64,000 nt of DNA from Candidatus Krumholzibacteriota bacterium (lineage in GTDB: Bacteria > Krumholzibacteriota > Krumholzibacteriia > JAJRXK01), in NCBI GenBank assembly GCA_963764625.1, contig CAVXTH010000005.1, forward strand, positions 320,001 to 384,000. The letters run 5' to 3'. Numbering within the stretch: position 1 is the first letter of the stretch; each line of letters starts with the position of its first letter. Position numbers and translations under genes: made by a program. The notes beneath the pieces were generated by a model. The model saw only the letters and a list, made by a program, of their open reading frames with translations. It was not told the DNA's origin and searched no databases. This document shows, in pieces, positions 53,316 to 62,865 of this stretch.

Positions 53316-54467
53316 ATGGATTCGCTCAACTTATTCTCTGATAAGCCATTAGAGGCGAAGAAGATCGGCGCGGCACCGCGACGCCGGCGCCAGAGACCCA
53401 TCTGGCAGATCCTTTTGGCTTCGGCGCTGGTCCCCGGTGCGGGTCACATGCTGTTGGGCAAAGTGCGAGAGGGAGTCGCGATCCTCCTTCTCTGCGTGCT
53501 GACCCAAATCATGGCCTCCCTGGGGTTCGCGCTGGGTTGGGTGGCCATTTCCTGGATCGGTTTTCGAACCGGAGGCGCCCTCTACCTCTTCGCGGTGGCT
53601 GACGCCGCCCTGCTTCGCTACGAGAAGGCCGACGGACGCAGCGCCCAGTATCCCGAATCACCGCGAAGGGTGGCGTTCTGGAACTTCGTGGGCTACGGCG
53701 CCGGTTACGAGATCCTCGGGATGCGCGCGTGGGCCCTGGGCGCTGGCGGCGCCGGATTTTTGACGCACTTCGCCCTGGCGATCCTCTGGCCGCAACTCGC
53801 GATCGTAGGAGAAGTCATCCTGGTTTCTTCCGCCATCCATGCCTACTTCCAAGCGTACGCCGACAAGCGACAGCTCTCCCGCCTGCCAGACGACACCACG
53901 CCGCACTGGCTACGCCGATCCCTGCTGATCACCTGCGTCCTGACGCTCGCCATCGCCGTGGCGAGTCAATGGGTGGCCTTGCAATGGCGCGACAGCATGC
54001 ACCTGCAACGCCAGGGCGCGGTGGCCATCGAGCCCTTCTACGACAATCCTCATTACGGTTTGCACCTGGAGATGCCTTCCCCGGGCTGGGAATTCCTTCA
54101 ACCTTCGGGTGACGAGCTCTTCTCCGCCGCTCATCTCACCGAGAACGCGATGATGAGTCTGCGCATCGCACCCCGAACTCCCTTCACCTGGGACAATCAG
54201 CTCTGGGCCCAAAAGGTTTTGAACGATGCGCGCAACGAGGGCTGGAAGCTGCATCTCACCCAGAGTGAGCCGTCCCAGCTGGGAACTCTCCCCGCCTGGT
54301 CACTGAGTGCCGAAGGCACCTGGCGCGGCGGCAAACGCGTGGTGCGCATCATCACCGCGGCGCGTGGGCTTCAGCACATCACACTTTGGTATGAATGGTC
54401 GCCCTCCAAGAGCTCCCTCGCCTCGACGGAAGTGGGACAGATTCTCGCCAGCATGCATCTGCACTAG
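53316..54467 (+). CDS. Membrane protein with C-terminal PsbP-like domain (hypothetical)
   Basis: SALVPGAGH, several TM helices, YDNPHYGLHLEMPSPGW. Confidence 0.6.
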   Translation: MDSLNLFSDKPLEAKKIGAAPRRRRQRPIWQILLASALVPGAGHMLLGKVREGVAILLLCVLTQIMASLGFALGWVAISWIGFRTGGALYLFAVADAALLRYEKADGRSAQYPESPRRVAFWNFVGYGAGYEILGMRAWALGAGGAGFLTHFALAILWPQLAIVGEVILVSSAIHAYFQAYADKRQLSRLPDDTTPHWLRRSLLITCVLTLAIAVASQWVALQWRDSMHLQRQGAVAIEPFYDNPHYGLHLEMPSPGWEFLQPSGDELFSAAHLTENAMMSLRIAPRTPFTWDNQLWAQKVLNDARNEGWKLHLTQSEPSQLGTLPAWSLSAEGTWRGGKRVVRIITAARGLQHITLWYEWSPSKSSLASTEVGQILASMHLH

Positions 54468-54634
54468 ACTCGGGAATTCGCTTCCGCGTCAGCGCTTGAA
54501 TTCTCTTCTCATCGCAAACTCCACGCCCCTCTCGCTTGCGCGACGGTGACAGAAGTGCCATCTAGGTCTAGGATGCGGCGATACCCCACGTCCACGTGGT
54601 TCGAGCGGCATCGTGCTTTTCAAGAGGCGGACGG

Positions 54635-56260
54635 ATGGCAACTGCAAGACGAACGAAGACGAAGACCAAAGTGAGCAAATCGCGCGGTGCGAAGGCGCCG
54701 CGCACTCTCGCTACCGCCGAGAGCATGGCCAGCCAACAGCGCGAGATCTCGGTGAGTGAATTCTTCACCAAGAATCGCCACCTCCTGGGTTTCGATTCGC
54801 CGACCAAGGCTCTTCTCACCACCATCAAGGAAGCGGTCGACAACTCGCTGGATGCCTGCGAGGAGGCCGGCGTGCTCCCCGAGCTCGGGGTGGAAATCCT
54901 TCCCGCGGGGGAGAACCGGTACCGGGTTATCGTCGAGGACAACGGGCCGGGCATCGTGAAGGCACAGATTCCCCGCATTTTCGGAAAGCTCTTGTACGGC
55001 TCCAAGTTTCACCGCCTGCGGCAGAGCCGTGGTCAGCAGGGAATCGGAATCTCCGCCGCCGGAATGTACGGACAGCTCACCACCGGCCGCCCGATCGTGG
55101 TCGAAAGTCGAACATCGCGGCGCACAACGGCCCATCGTTACGAACTGGTGATCGACATGCTCAAGAACGAGCCGATCATCAAGAAAGAGAAGGAGGTGGA
55201 CTGGAAAGAGAAGGCGCGGGGCACGAAAGTGGAGATCGAGCTCGAGGGCGTCTACAAGAAGGGCCGCCACGGCGTCGACGCGTACCTGCAACAGACGGTG
55301 CTGGCCAATCCCCATATCTCGCTCAGCTACCTGGCGCCCGGCGAGAGCGAACCGCAGATCTACGAGCGAGCGTCCACCAAGCTGCCCGACGAGGCGATGG
55401 AGATCAAGCCGCATCCCTACGGAGTGGAAGTGGGGATGCTGATGCGGATGCTCAAGGACACCAAGAGCCGGCAACTCAAAGGCTTCTTTCAGAGCGAGTT
55501 CTCGCGGGTGGGGCCCAAGACCGCGCTCTCGATCATCGAACCGACCGGTTTGCAACCCACCACCTCGCCACGACGCGTATCCATCGACAAGGCGGAGAAA
55601 CTCATCGAGGGCATCCGCGACACCAAAATTCCGGCGCCCTCGGTGGATTGTCTCTCTCCCATCGGCCAAGAACGCATGGTGGCCAGCCTGAAGACCCAGA
55701 TCGAAGCGGACTACTACGAAGCGGTGACGCGAAGCCCGTCGGTGTACCGCGGGAATCCCTTCCAGGTGGAGGTGGGAATCGCCTACGGTGGGCAGCTGGA
55801 CAAAGAGGATCTCATCTCGCTTTTACGCTACGCGAACCGCGTGCCCCTGCAGTACCAGGCGGGTGCGTGCGTGATCACCAAGAGCGTGATCGGCACCCGC
55901 TGGAAATCCTACGGACTCCAACAGAGCCGAGGCGCCCTGCCCACCGCTCCCATGCTGCTCATGGTGCACCTGGCCAGCGTCTGGGTGCCCTTCACCAGCG
56001 AGAGCAAGGAAGCCATCGCGAATTACGACGAGATCAGCAAGGAACTGCGGCTGGCTCTGCAGGAAATCGGCCGCAAACTGGCGCGCCACATTCGCCGCGG
56101 AAAGCGCGAACTCGACGCAGCCAAAAAGAGGGCCTACATCGAGAAGTACATCCCTCACATCGGATTGGCCCTGCAGGAAATCCTCGGCCTCTCCGATCCT
56201 CAGGAAAAGAAATTGGTGAGCACACTGACCGATACGATGTACCGGAGCCGGCAGACCTGA
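54635..56260 (+). CDS. top6B: DNA topoisomerase VI subunit B
   Basis: [59 protein letters not shown]. Confidence 0.97.
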   Translation: MATARRTKTKTKVSKSRGAKAPRTLATAESMASQQREISVSEFFTKNRHLLGFDSPTKALLTTIKEAVDNSLDACEEAGVLPELGVEILPAGENRYRVIVEDNGPGIVKAQIPRIFGKLLYGSKFHRLRQSRGQQGIGISAAGMYGQLTTGRPIVVESRTSRRTTAHRYELVIDMLKNEPIIKKEKEVDWKEKARGTKVEIELEGVYKKGRHGVDAYLQQTVLANPHISLSYLAPGESEPQIYERASTKLPDEAMEIKPHPYGVEVGMLMRMLKDTKSRQLKGFFQSEFSRVGPKTALSIIEPTGLQPTTSPRRVSIDKAEKLIEGIRDTKIPAPSVDCLSPIGQERMVASLKTQIEADYYEAVTRSPSVYRGNPFQVEVGIAYGGQLDKEDLISLLRYANRVPLQYQAGACVITKSVIGTRWKSYGLQQSRGALPTAPMLLMVHLASVWVPFTSESKEAIANYDEISKELRLALQEIGRKLARHIRRGKRELDAAKKRAYIEKYIPHIGLALQEILGLSDPQEKKLVSTLTDTMYRSRQT

Positions 56261-56304
56261 CGCAAGAGAGCCCCGGCCCGGTCCAGCGTAATGGAGGCGG
56301 AACA

Positions 56305-56961
56305 ATGGCACGAATAGGAGTCATGATCTCTGGATGTGGTTTTCAAGATGGAGCCGAGATTCAGGAATCGGTCTTCACCCTGCTGGCACTCTCGAAGCGA
56401 GGACACGAGATCGTACCCATTGCGCCCGACATGCCCCAGCACCACGTGACCAATCACAAGTCGATGCAGAAAGTGGACGGCGCAACCCGCAACGTGGCCG
56501 AGGAAGCCGCCCGGATCTTCCGCGGCGCACCGAAGTCACCCGCCGAAGCGGGACAACTCGACGCCCTCGTCATGCCCGGCGGGTTCGGCGCCGCGCTGAA
56601 TCTGTGTAATTTCGCCGAGAAGGGCACCGAGTGCGAAGTTCAACCCGCGGTCCGTCAGCTCATCCGTTCGATGGTCGAGGCGGGCAAGCCGGTGGGTGCC
56701 TGGTGCATCGCCCCCGCGCTGCTGGCCGCGGCCCTGCGCGGTGAGCCGAGCGTGCAGCTCACCATCGGCAGCGACCCGGGCACCGCGCAAGCACTCGAGC
56801 AGATGGGCGCCAAGCATGTCGACTGCAAAGTCGATGCTTGCGTCGTCGACCTCGAACACAAGATCGTCTCCACTCCCGCGTACATGTACAAAGCGCACGT
56901 CCACGAGGTGCAGGCCGGGATCGAAAAAGCGGTCGCGGCCCTGGACGAGTGGCTGCGTTAG
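56305..56961 (+). CDS. elbB: ElbB / ES1 DJ-1-family glyoxalase
   Basis: SGCGFQDGAEIQE, PGGFGAALNL, CIAP, STPAYM. Confidence 0.92.
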   Translation: MARIGVMISGCGFQDGAEIQESVFTLLALSKRGHEIVPIAPDMPQHHVTNHKSMQKVDGATRNVAEEAARIFRGAPKSPAEAGQLDALVMPGGFGAALNLCNFAEKGTECEVQPAVRQLIRSMVEAGKPVGAWCIAPALLAAALRGEPSVQLTIGSDPGTAQALEQMGAKHVDCKVDACVVDLEHKIVSTPAYMYKAHVHEVQAGIEKAVAALDEWLR

Positions 56962-56975
56962 GAGGAATTTCATCG

Positions 56976-58064
56976 ATGGCGAAGAAGAAGGTCTCAAGCC
57001 TCATCAAAGACGAGGCGAAGGACATCCACCAGAAGATCATGGCGCGCGAAAGCCCTTCCTTGAAGATGCCGGTGCGCAGTCTGGCGAATGTGACCTACCG
57101 GCCCGCGAAGGGTTACTTCCAAATGCGGGGGAAGACGAAGGAGAGAACCCTCACCGTGAATACGGTGAAGACCTTCGCCCAGAGCCTCCGCATGATGTCA
57201 CTCTGCAAGCAGCTGGTGGAGACCGACGACATCGCCACGAAACGTGAGGCCTACTACGTTTCGAAGAACTGGGACGACGCCCGTTTCAACGAACAAACAG
57301 AGAGCGATACGGTGATGGATGACGTCGAAGCCCTGTTTCGCGTCAATCGAGAACAGTTGGGCTTCATTCCCGAGGAGAAGGGCGGCGACGTCGCCGGCAA
57401 ACTCATCGTGATCGATCGCGACCGAGAGACCGGAGAAGAGCTGCGGATCGACTGTACGCGCTTTGGAAGCGGGGCCTACAGCATTCCCTCATCGGTGGAG
57501 GAGCTGAAGTTCGAAACGAAGGCCAAGTTCGTCCTGGCCATCGAGACGGCCGGGATGTTTCAGCGGCTGGTGAAGCACTCCTGGTGGCGAACCGCGAATT
57601 GCATTCTCATCAGCATGGGGGGAGTGCCCACCCGCGCCTGCCGCCGCTTCATCCGCCGCTTGAGCGACGACAAGAAGCTCCCGGTGTACGTATTCGTCGA
57701 CGGCGATCCGTACGGCTACGGGAACATCTACCGCACGCTCAAGGTGGGGTCAGGCAACGCAGCGCATCTCAACGAGTTCTTCTGCGTTCCCCAGGCGCAT
57801 TTTCTGGGGGTGACCCCCCAGGACATCATCGACTATAAACTGCCGACGCATCCTCTGAAGGATGTCGACATCAAGCGCGCGAAGGACGCGCTCAAGAACG
57901 ATCCTTTCATTCAGCACTACAAGCCCTGGCAGAAGGCCATCACCCAGCTCATCAAGATGGGAGTGCGTGTGGAGCAGCAAGCTCTCGCCAAGCACGGGCT
58001 GAACTACGTCATGGAAGAGTACTTGCCGCAGAAGCTGGCGAATACGCGCGCGTTCTTGCCCTGA
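56976..58064 (+). CDS. top6A: DNA topoisomerase VI subunit A (Spo11-like)
   Basis: TKREAYY, QTESD, AIETAGMFQRL, GVPTRACR, DGDPYG, EQQAL. Confidence 0.97.
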   Translation: MAKKKVSSLIKDEAKDIHQKIMARESPSLKMPVRSLANVTYRPAKGYFQMRGKTKERTLTVNTVKTFAQSLRMMSLCKQLVETDDIATKREAYYVSKNWDDARFNEQTESDTVMDDVEALFRVNREQLGFIPEEKGGDVAGKLIVIDRDRETGEELRIDCTRFGSGAYSIPSSVEELKFETKAKFVLAIETAGMFQRLVKHSWWRTANCILISMGGVPTRACRRFIRRLSDDKKLPVYVFVDGDPYGYGNIYRTLKVGSGNAAHLNEFFCVPQAHFLGVTPQDIIDYKLPTHPLKDVDIKRAKDALKNDPFIQHYKPWQKAITQLIKMGVRVEQQALAKHGLNYVMEEYLPQKLANTRAFLP

Positions 58065-58136
58065 GCCATAGGCGGCGGGACTTTGTTCGGGCCGCGCCGC
58101 TCTGCTTGGGACACGATCCGTCGTGGCGACGGGCGA

Positions 58137-58802
58137 TCAGGAGAACCGGGGGCCGGCTTCCTCGTCGTCCTCCGCGATGTCGGCATCGTCGATCACTTCA
58201 GCCTCATCGATCCCGTCTGGCTCACTCGAGCGCACCGTCTCGACCGGGGCGGCCGGAACCGGTTCGGGCTCGAATTCGGGTGGGGGCGCCTTTTCGCCCC
58301 GGCGTTCCACCAGCATCAAACCACCCCACGCAATGAGTCCCAGCGGCAGCAGGTAGCGCACCAGGAATCGCAGGATCGAGAGCACCAGCTTCACGAAGCC
58401 GGCGAGAATGCCCAGCGTGAACAGATAGCAAACGATAGAGATGCTGATGAGAGTGATCGCCGGACCGAGTGCGTCCTTGTTCTGGCGATCCGAAGCCGCG
58501 ACCGAGAGCAGCGCCAGCCCCGGTGAGAGGAGAAAGAAGGGCCAGGAGCTTTTGAATCCGACCCAGCCGATGCGCAACATGAAGAAGTGCAGGGCCAAGA
58601 GCGTGATGAGAACTCCGGCGCTGAGAATCGCCGCTTCCCGACGTCCCCGCGAGAACCAAGCCAGGAGCCCCACCCCCACCGCGAAGAGCAGGAACAGCCA
58701 GAGGAGGCTGAAAGCGTGCCAGTGTATGGAATGCCCCACCAAGAGCAGGATGCCGATCAAAATGAGGATGGGACCCGTTATCAGTTTGCCTCGGCCCGAC
58801 AT
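58137..58802 (-). CDS. Membrane protein (LiaF/DUF5668-like)
   Basis: GPILILIGILLL, WPFFLLSPGL, acidic C-terminal tail. Confidence 0.65.
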   Translation of the reverse strand: MSGRGKLITGPILILIGILLLVGHSIHWHAFSLLWLFLLFAVGVGLLAWFSRGRREAAILSAGVLITLLALHFFMLRIGWVGFKSSWPFFLLSPGLALLSVAASDRQNKDALGPAITLISISIVCYLFTLGILAGFVKLVLSILRFLVRYLLPLGLIAWGGLMLVERRGEKAPPPEFEPEPVPAAPVETVRSSEPDGIDEAEVIDDADIAEDDEEAGPRFS

Positions 58803-58909
58803 CGTTGCCACCTCCACGGGCAGAAGATCCGGACGAGCGGGCGGCCACGTCCGAAGAAATCGAGGAGATGGGACGGGTGCTCGCCCCATCTCCTGAGAAG
58901 TCTAGCCCC

Positions 58910-61906
58910 CTAGTGCGAGAGTCGCACGGGAATCTTGAGTTTGACTCCACCGTCGGCTTCGTCCACCAGGCGGAGCTCGCCGCCGTTGACGAATCCATCC
59001 GGGGCCTGCGGCGGGACACCTTCGGCCGTAAGCTCCACCGGAAGCTGCGCCTGAGGATAGACGCGGAACTGCGATTTCTCGCGGACCTTCCCGCTCAGAC
59101 CCACTTTCTTCGCGAGATGGAAGTTCTCACGCAGGCAGAATCCCCAATCGGCCTTGTCCTTGGCCATCGCAAACCCCGCATCGACTTTCAGGGTGTAGGT
59201 GCCCGGCGACGCGGGGTGGAGACCGATCCGCAGGGTTTGCTGGTTGAAACCATCGACCACCAGCGCCTTCCCCTTGGAGTCGTAGATGTTCACTGGAACA
59301 TCGGTCATGAGATTGTAGACTTCCTGGCTCATTTTCAAGGTGAAGTCGACGCTGGGAACCTCGTCCGACAACTCGAAGTCGTAGCTCCAGTGGTCGTCGT
59401 TCTTCACCTCGATCTTCCGTTCGCGCTGATAGCTGTCGATGCTGCCATCGATGTGGCCGGCGAAGACCTCGTCGAAAAGCGGGGTGATGGCGATTTTCGC
59501 TTCGGGTGAGGCAGCGGGCGCATCGAAGTCCATGCTCTTCAACACCGGAGGATCGACGGAGAAAGCCGAGAAACTCGCCTCGAGGTCGTAGACCGAGTCC
59601 CTGGCATCACTCCGAGACCCGCGCGCCACGATCTCCCATACCCCGGGCGTGAGATCCTCTCCGGAGAAATCGTAGTCCACCGATCTCTTGTCCCGGCTGT
59701 CAGCGACTCCCCGGAAGTACCCCTGCTCGCGGCCCGCGCTGTCGTAGAAAACGGGCCAGGCCAGGCCTTCCTTACCCTCGGGAATGTCGAGTTTCACGTG
59801 CATCGCGCTCGCGCCCGCGGGCACGCGCAGGAAGTAATGTTCGACCCCGCCGGCCTCGAGATGACGGGCACTCCACGAGCGGGTGTATCCCTCTTGCGGT
59901 CCAAACTCGTAGGGAGTGACGATCGTGACCACGATCTCGAAATCGTATGCGGCGTCGCCGCTGCGACCGGTGCCCTTCGACTGCGCGAAGATCCGGCCCA
60001 CGTGCATACCGGGCTCCTGCAGCTCTTGTCCGGAATAGCTGGCGCGAATCGTCTGGTCGCCATCGCCGTTGATGTAGGTTTCGTCACGATCGAGATGGAT
60101 CCACGGGACCTCGGACTTCAGGCGCCAGGCGCGATAGAACTTGTTTCGCGTGTCCTGGCTCACCCAGTCGGGAAACCGCGGAGTGAGCGTGAAGCTCTGT
60201 TGATAGCCATCGTGGGGATACCATCCTCCGCGCCAATACGCGGCCGGAGCCTTGCCGTCGGGTTGGAACGGCGCTTCGGTGCGAATCTGGATCACGCTCA
60301 GCTGATCGGGCTCTCCCGCGTCCGAATAGGCACGAGCCGCATCGAACGCGCGCGGCAAGTCGACCACTCCTCCGCCGACTTCGATCGGGGTGTAGCCGGG
60401 CAGACGCTTCCCCGTATGCCGAAGCGCGCGTTGGATGGTTCCGAAGTTCCAGCTCTTCCCCTCCTTGGAGAGACCCGAGAGGATGCAGGCTACGCTCCCG
60501 GTGGTCATGGGGGAAGCCATGCTGGTGCCGTTGTAGCGGTCACGGTTTCCCCACAGGGGAACACTACTGCTCGCTCCGCCCGGTGCGGCCACGTCGGGTT
60601 TCGCGAGCTCTCCTCCGCGGCTGCTGAAGACATAGAGCTGATCGTGCTCGAGAGTGGCTCCGTAGAGCTCCTTCGCCATGGCCTTGGTGAAGAGAGCTCC
60701 CGCCGCGATGACTCCATCGGCCGCAGCGGGAAGCCCCACGGTCGAGATTCCCGGCCCGCTGTTCCCCGCGCTGTTCACGATGACCAGCTTCGAGTGTTCG
60801 TCGAGGACCTTGTCCAGGTAGCGATCCATTCGGGCATCGCCCTCGATTTCGCTATCGATGCCGTAGCTCATGTTGATACAGCAGGGCATCTTGTATTCTT
60901 CCATCCACTTGGCGGCGTAATCGTAGGCCTTCTTCATCGACTCGGTCGTCGTGCTGCCTCCAGCGAGCAGGTTGTTCCCGATCTTGAGGCTGTAGACGTA
61001 GGCTCCCGGCGCAACGCCGTTGAGACCCTTTTGACCGTGCACCGAGAATCCCGAAGCCATTCCCGAGACGTGGCTTCCGTGTCCTCCATCGTCGTGATGC
61101 AGATTCAAGTGCGGTGAGTCGTCGCCGGTGAGATCGAGGGCGAAGGTCATGCGGTCGCGACTCTTTTCAACCGCCTGGTCGCGAAAATGGAAGCCCTGCA
61201 GATCGGTCGCGTAGTCGCGCAGGATGGTCTCGTCGTCGAGATGCCCATCGCGATCGATGTCGATGACGCAGAGCCAGACGTTCTCGCTGGCATCGGCTCT
61301 CGCTTCGGCCGCGGCCGCGTCCTTCCCCCAGGACTTGCGCAGCGTGACTCCGCGACCCTCTCCCAGTTTCTCCACCGCTTTCGCGCGCGGCGCGGAGTAC
61401 ACCACGACGCCCCATTGATCATCGGTGCTTCCATTGTCGTTCAGGTCGGTAAGGCTCTCGCTGTTGAGAAATTCCGATTCCTTCAGGACACCGGTCCAGA
61501 CCCGTTGCGAATCGGAAGGCGCCACCGCGAGCGAATCGAAGCCCTCGAGCCTGAGGCCGTCGGCGACCTCGAGCACGCGCGGCGTCTGATTCTCCACCCA
61601 CTTTGCTTTCTTCAACTCGAGCTTGCCCTGTCCGGAGAAGTCGCGGGCGCCGATGACCTTCACCTCTCCGGTAGAGGTCGTGGTGAGCCCGGGTGTCCCC
61701 ATGTCCACCCCGGTGTCCAGGACGAAGATGACCACTCCCCGTCCGTCGTAGGTGGGATGCGCATCGAGAAATGCGGGGGCCCCGATTTCTCCGACGGGAA
61801 GAAAAGTCCAGGAGTCGGCGGGCTCCGCCGCAAAGGCGGAGAAGGAGACGCCGAGAACCACCAGGGTCACCAGCGCCGCGAGACGAGTCGGAGAAAGAGC
61901 ACGCAT
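58910..61906 (-). CDS. Secreted S8 serine peptidase, tripeptidyl-peptidase II-like
   Basis: YDGRGVVIFVLDTGVD, large insert before HGSHVSG, NGVAPGA, SAGNSGPGISTVG, NGTSMASP. Confidence 0.9.
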   Translation of the reverse strand: MRALSPTRLAALVTLVVLGVSFSAFAAEPADSWTFLPVGEIGAPAFLDAHPTYDGRGVVIFVLDTGVDMGTPGLTTTSTGEVKVIGARDFSGQGKLELKKAKWVENQTPRVLEVADGLRLEGFDSLAVAPSDSQRVWTGVLKESEFLNSESLTDLNDNGSTDDQWGVVVYSAPRAKAVEKLGEGRGVTLRKSWGKDAAAAEARADASENVWLCVIDIDRDGHLDDETILRDYATDLQGFHFRDQAVEKSRDRMTFALDLTGDDSPHLNLHHDDGGHGSHVSGMASGFSVHGQKGLNGVAPGAYVYSLKIGNNLLAGGSTTTESMKKAYDYAAKWMEEYKMPCCINMSYGIDSEIEGDARMDRYLDKVLDEHSKLVIVNSAGNSGPGISTVGLPAAADGVIAAGALFTKAMAKELYGATLEHDQLYVFSSRGGELAKPDVAAPGGASSSVPLWGNRDRYNGTSMASPMTTGSVACILSGLSKEGKSWNFGTIQRALRHTGKRLPGYTPIEVGGGVVDLPRAFDAARAYSDAGEPDQLSVIQIRTEAPFQPDGKAPAAYWRGGWYPHDGYQQSFTLTPRFPDWVSQDTRNKFYRAWRLKSEVPWIHLDRDETYINGDGDQTIRASYSGQELQEPGMHVGRIFAQSKGTGRSGDAAYDFEIVVTIVTPYEFGPQEGYTRSWSARHLEAGGVEHYFLRVPAGASAMHVKLDIPEGKEGLAWPVFYDSAGREQGYFRGVADSRDKRSVDYDFSGEDLTPGVWEIVARGSRSDARDSVYDLEASFSAFSVDPPVLKSMDFDAPAASPEAKIAITPLFDEVFAGHIDGSIDSYQRERKIEVKNDDHWSYDFELSDEVPSVDFTLKMSQEVYNLMTDVPVNIYDSKGKALVVDGFNQQTLRIGLHPASPGTYTLKVDAGFAMAKDKADWGFCLRENFHLAKKVGLSGKVREKSQFRVYPQAQLPVELTAEGVPPQAPDGFVNGGELRLVDEADGGVKLKIPVRLSH

Positions 61907-62034
61907 GGGTACCTCCAGAGCATGCACGCGGGAGGATAAATCGCGAGTTTCGCATTCGAAGGTGGTACAGAGGGCCCTCTCACGCAAGACGCGGGGGCCG
62001 GCGGCGCATCCGCCAAAGCGCAGTGGGCCGATGG

Positions 62035-62277
62035 CTATTTCGTTCCGCGGAGACGGCCGCCGACGAACTGACCGCCGAAGAACGCGGCCAAAAGAAACGG
62101 CACCGACGAGAGATGCCAGCCAATTCCCGAGAGGATGCGCAGAGTCACGACCAGAGGAACGGGAATGTGCACCGCGAGAAACCAGTTTCGGGAGAACTTC
62201 ACCGTCCGCGCGCGCCAGTAGCCGAAGGGCAGGTTCAAAAGAAAGACCGCCAGCGCGACCCAGAGAAGCCTCGTCAT
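62035..62277 (-). CDS. Small membrane protein (80 aa)
   Basis: NLPFGYWR...KFSRNWFLAVHIPVP...GQFVG; RBS GGAGG. Confidence 0.75.
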   Translation of the reverse strand: MTRLLWVALAVFLLNLPFGYWRARTVKFSRNWFLAVHIPVPLVVTLRILSGIGWHLSSVPFLLAAFFGGQFVGGRLRGTK

Positions 62278-62323
62278 GATCGTTCGAGCCTCCGGTTCCG
62301 CGGATCGGCGTGGGCCTGGACGT

Positions 62324-62550
62324 AGAAAGGCCGGTAACTCGAGGTTACCGGCCTCTCCCATGGAAATGAACCAAGCATTTTCCACCAAGGGGACTCGACG
62401 CCTATCTTCGGCCGGCGCCCCGGCCGAAGACTCGTCGGCCGTGCCGCCACGACCGTTCTTTGGGTGTCCCCTCGGCGGTTCAACTGTCCCCCTTGAGATA
62501 CAGTCGACGCCGGGAGGCTTTGGGCTCCAGCCGCGGTCGGCTCAGCCCGA
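62324..62550 (-). ncRNA. Candidate structured RNA or leader ending in a terminator-like hairpin
   Basis: Five or more stems; plus-strand A-C mismatches read as G-U pairs on the minus strand. Boundaries approximate. Confidence 0.5.
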
Positions 62551-62648
62551 AGTCACCCTAAAGTGTTGCATGCCAAGTATTTCCGGAGCTTTGTCGAGAT
62601 TGGTAGAAAGAGCCTCGGATCGCAGGGCACTCAACGTGTTCTTGAAGT

Positions 62649-62665
62649 ATCACAAGTCGTGCCAG
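62649..62665 (-). promoter_or_regulatory. Candidate sigma54 promoter
   Basis: CTGGCACG-actt-GTGAT: consensus -24 element, correct spacing, GA instead of GC at -12. Confidence 0.4.
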
Positions 62666-62865
62666 TGTGAACTCTCGCGCCGAGGCCGGTCTGGGGCGCG
62701 CGGCCGGGGAAAGAAAAATCCGTCTAAGCCCTTCAGCGCCATCAAGTTGAGCTCAGGCCTCTTCCCCCGCCGGAGAGGCGGCCCCAACGCCGGCCTCTCC
62801 GCCGGACTTCATGAAACTGTCCTCTGGGGAGTGCATTCCCGTTCCACGCGGGGGTAGCCCGGTCT

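Noticed and set aside
62381-62402. CCACCA-AGGGGACTCGACG resembling permuted tmRNA ends
   Set aside because: No T-arm before CCA, no tag reading frame, and G-U evidence favours the other strand.
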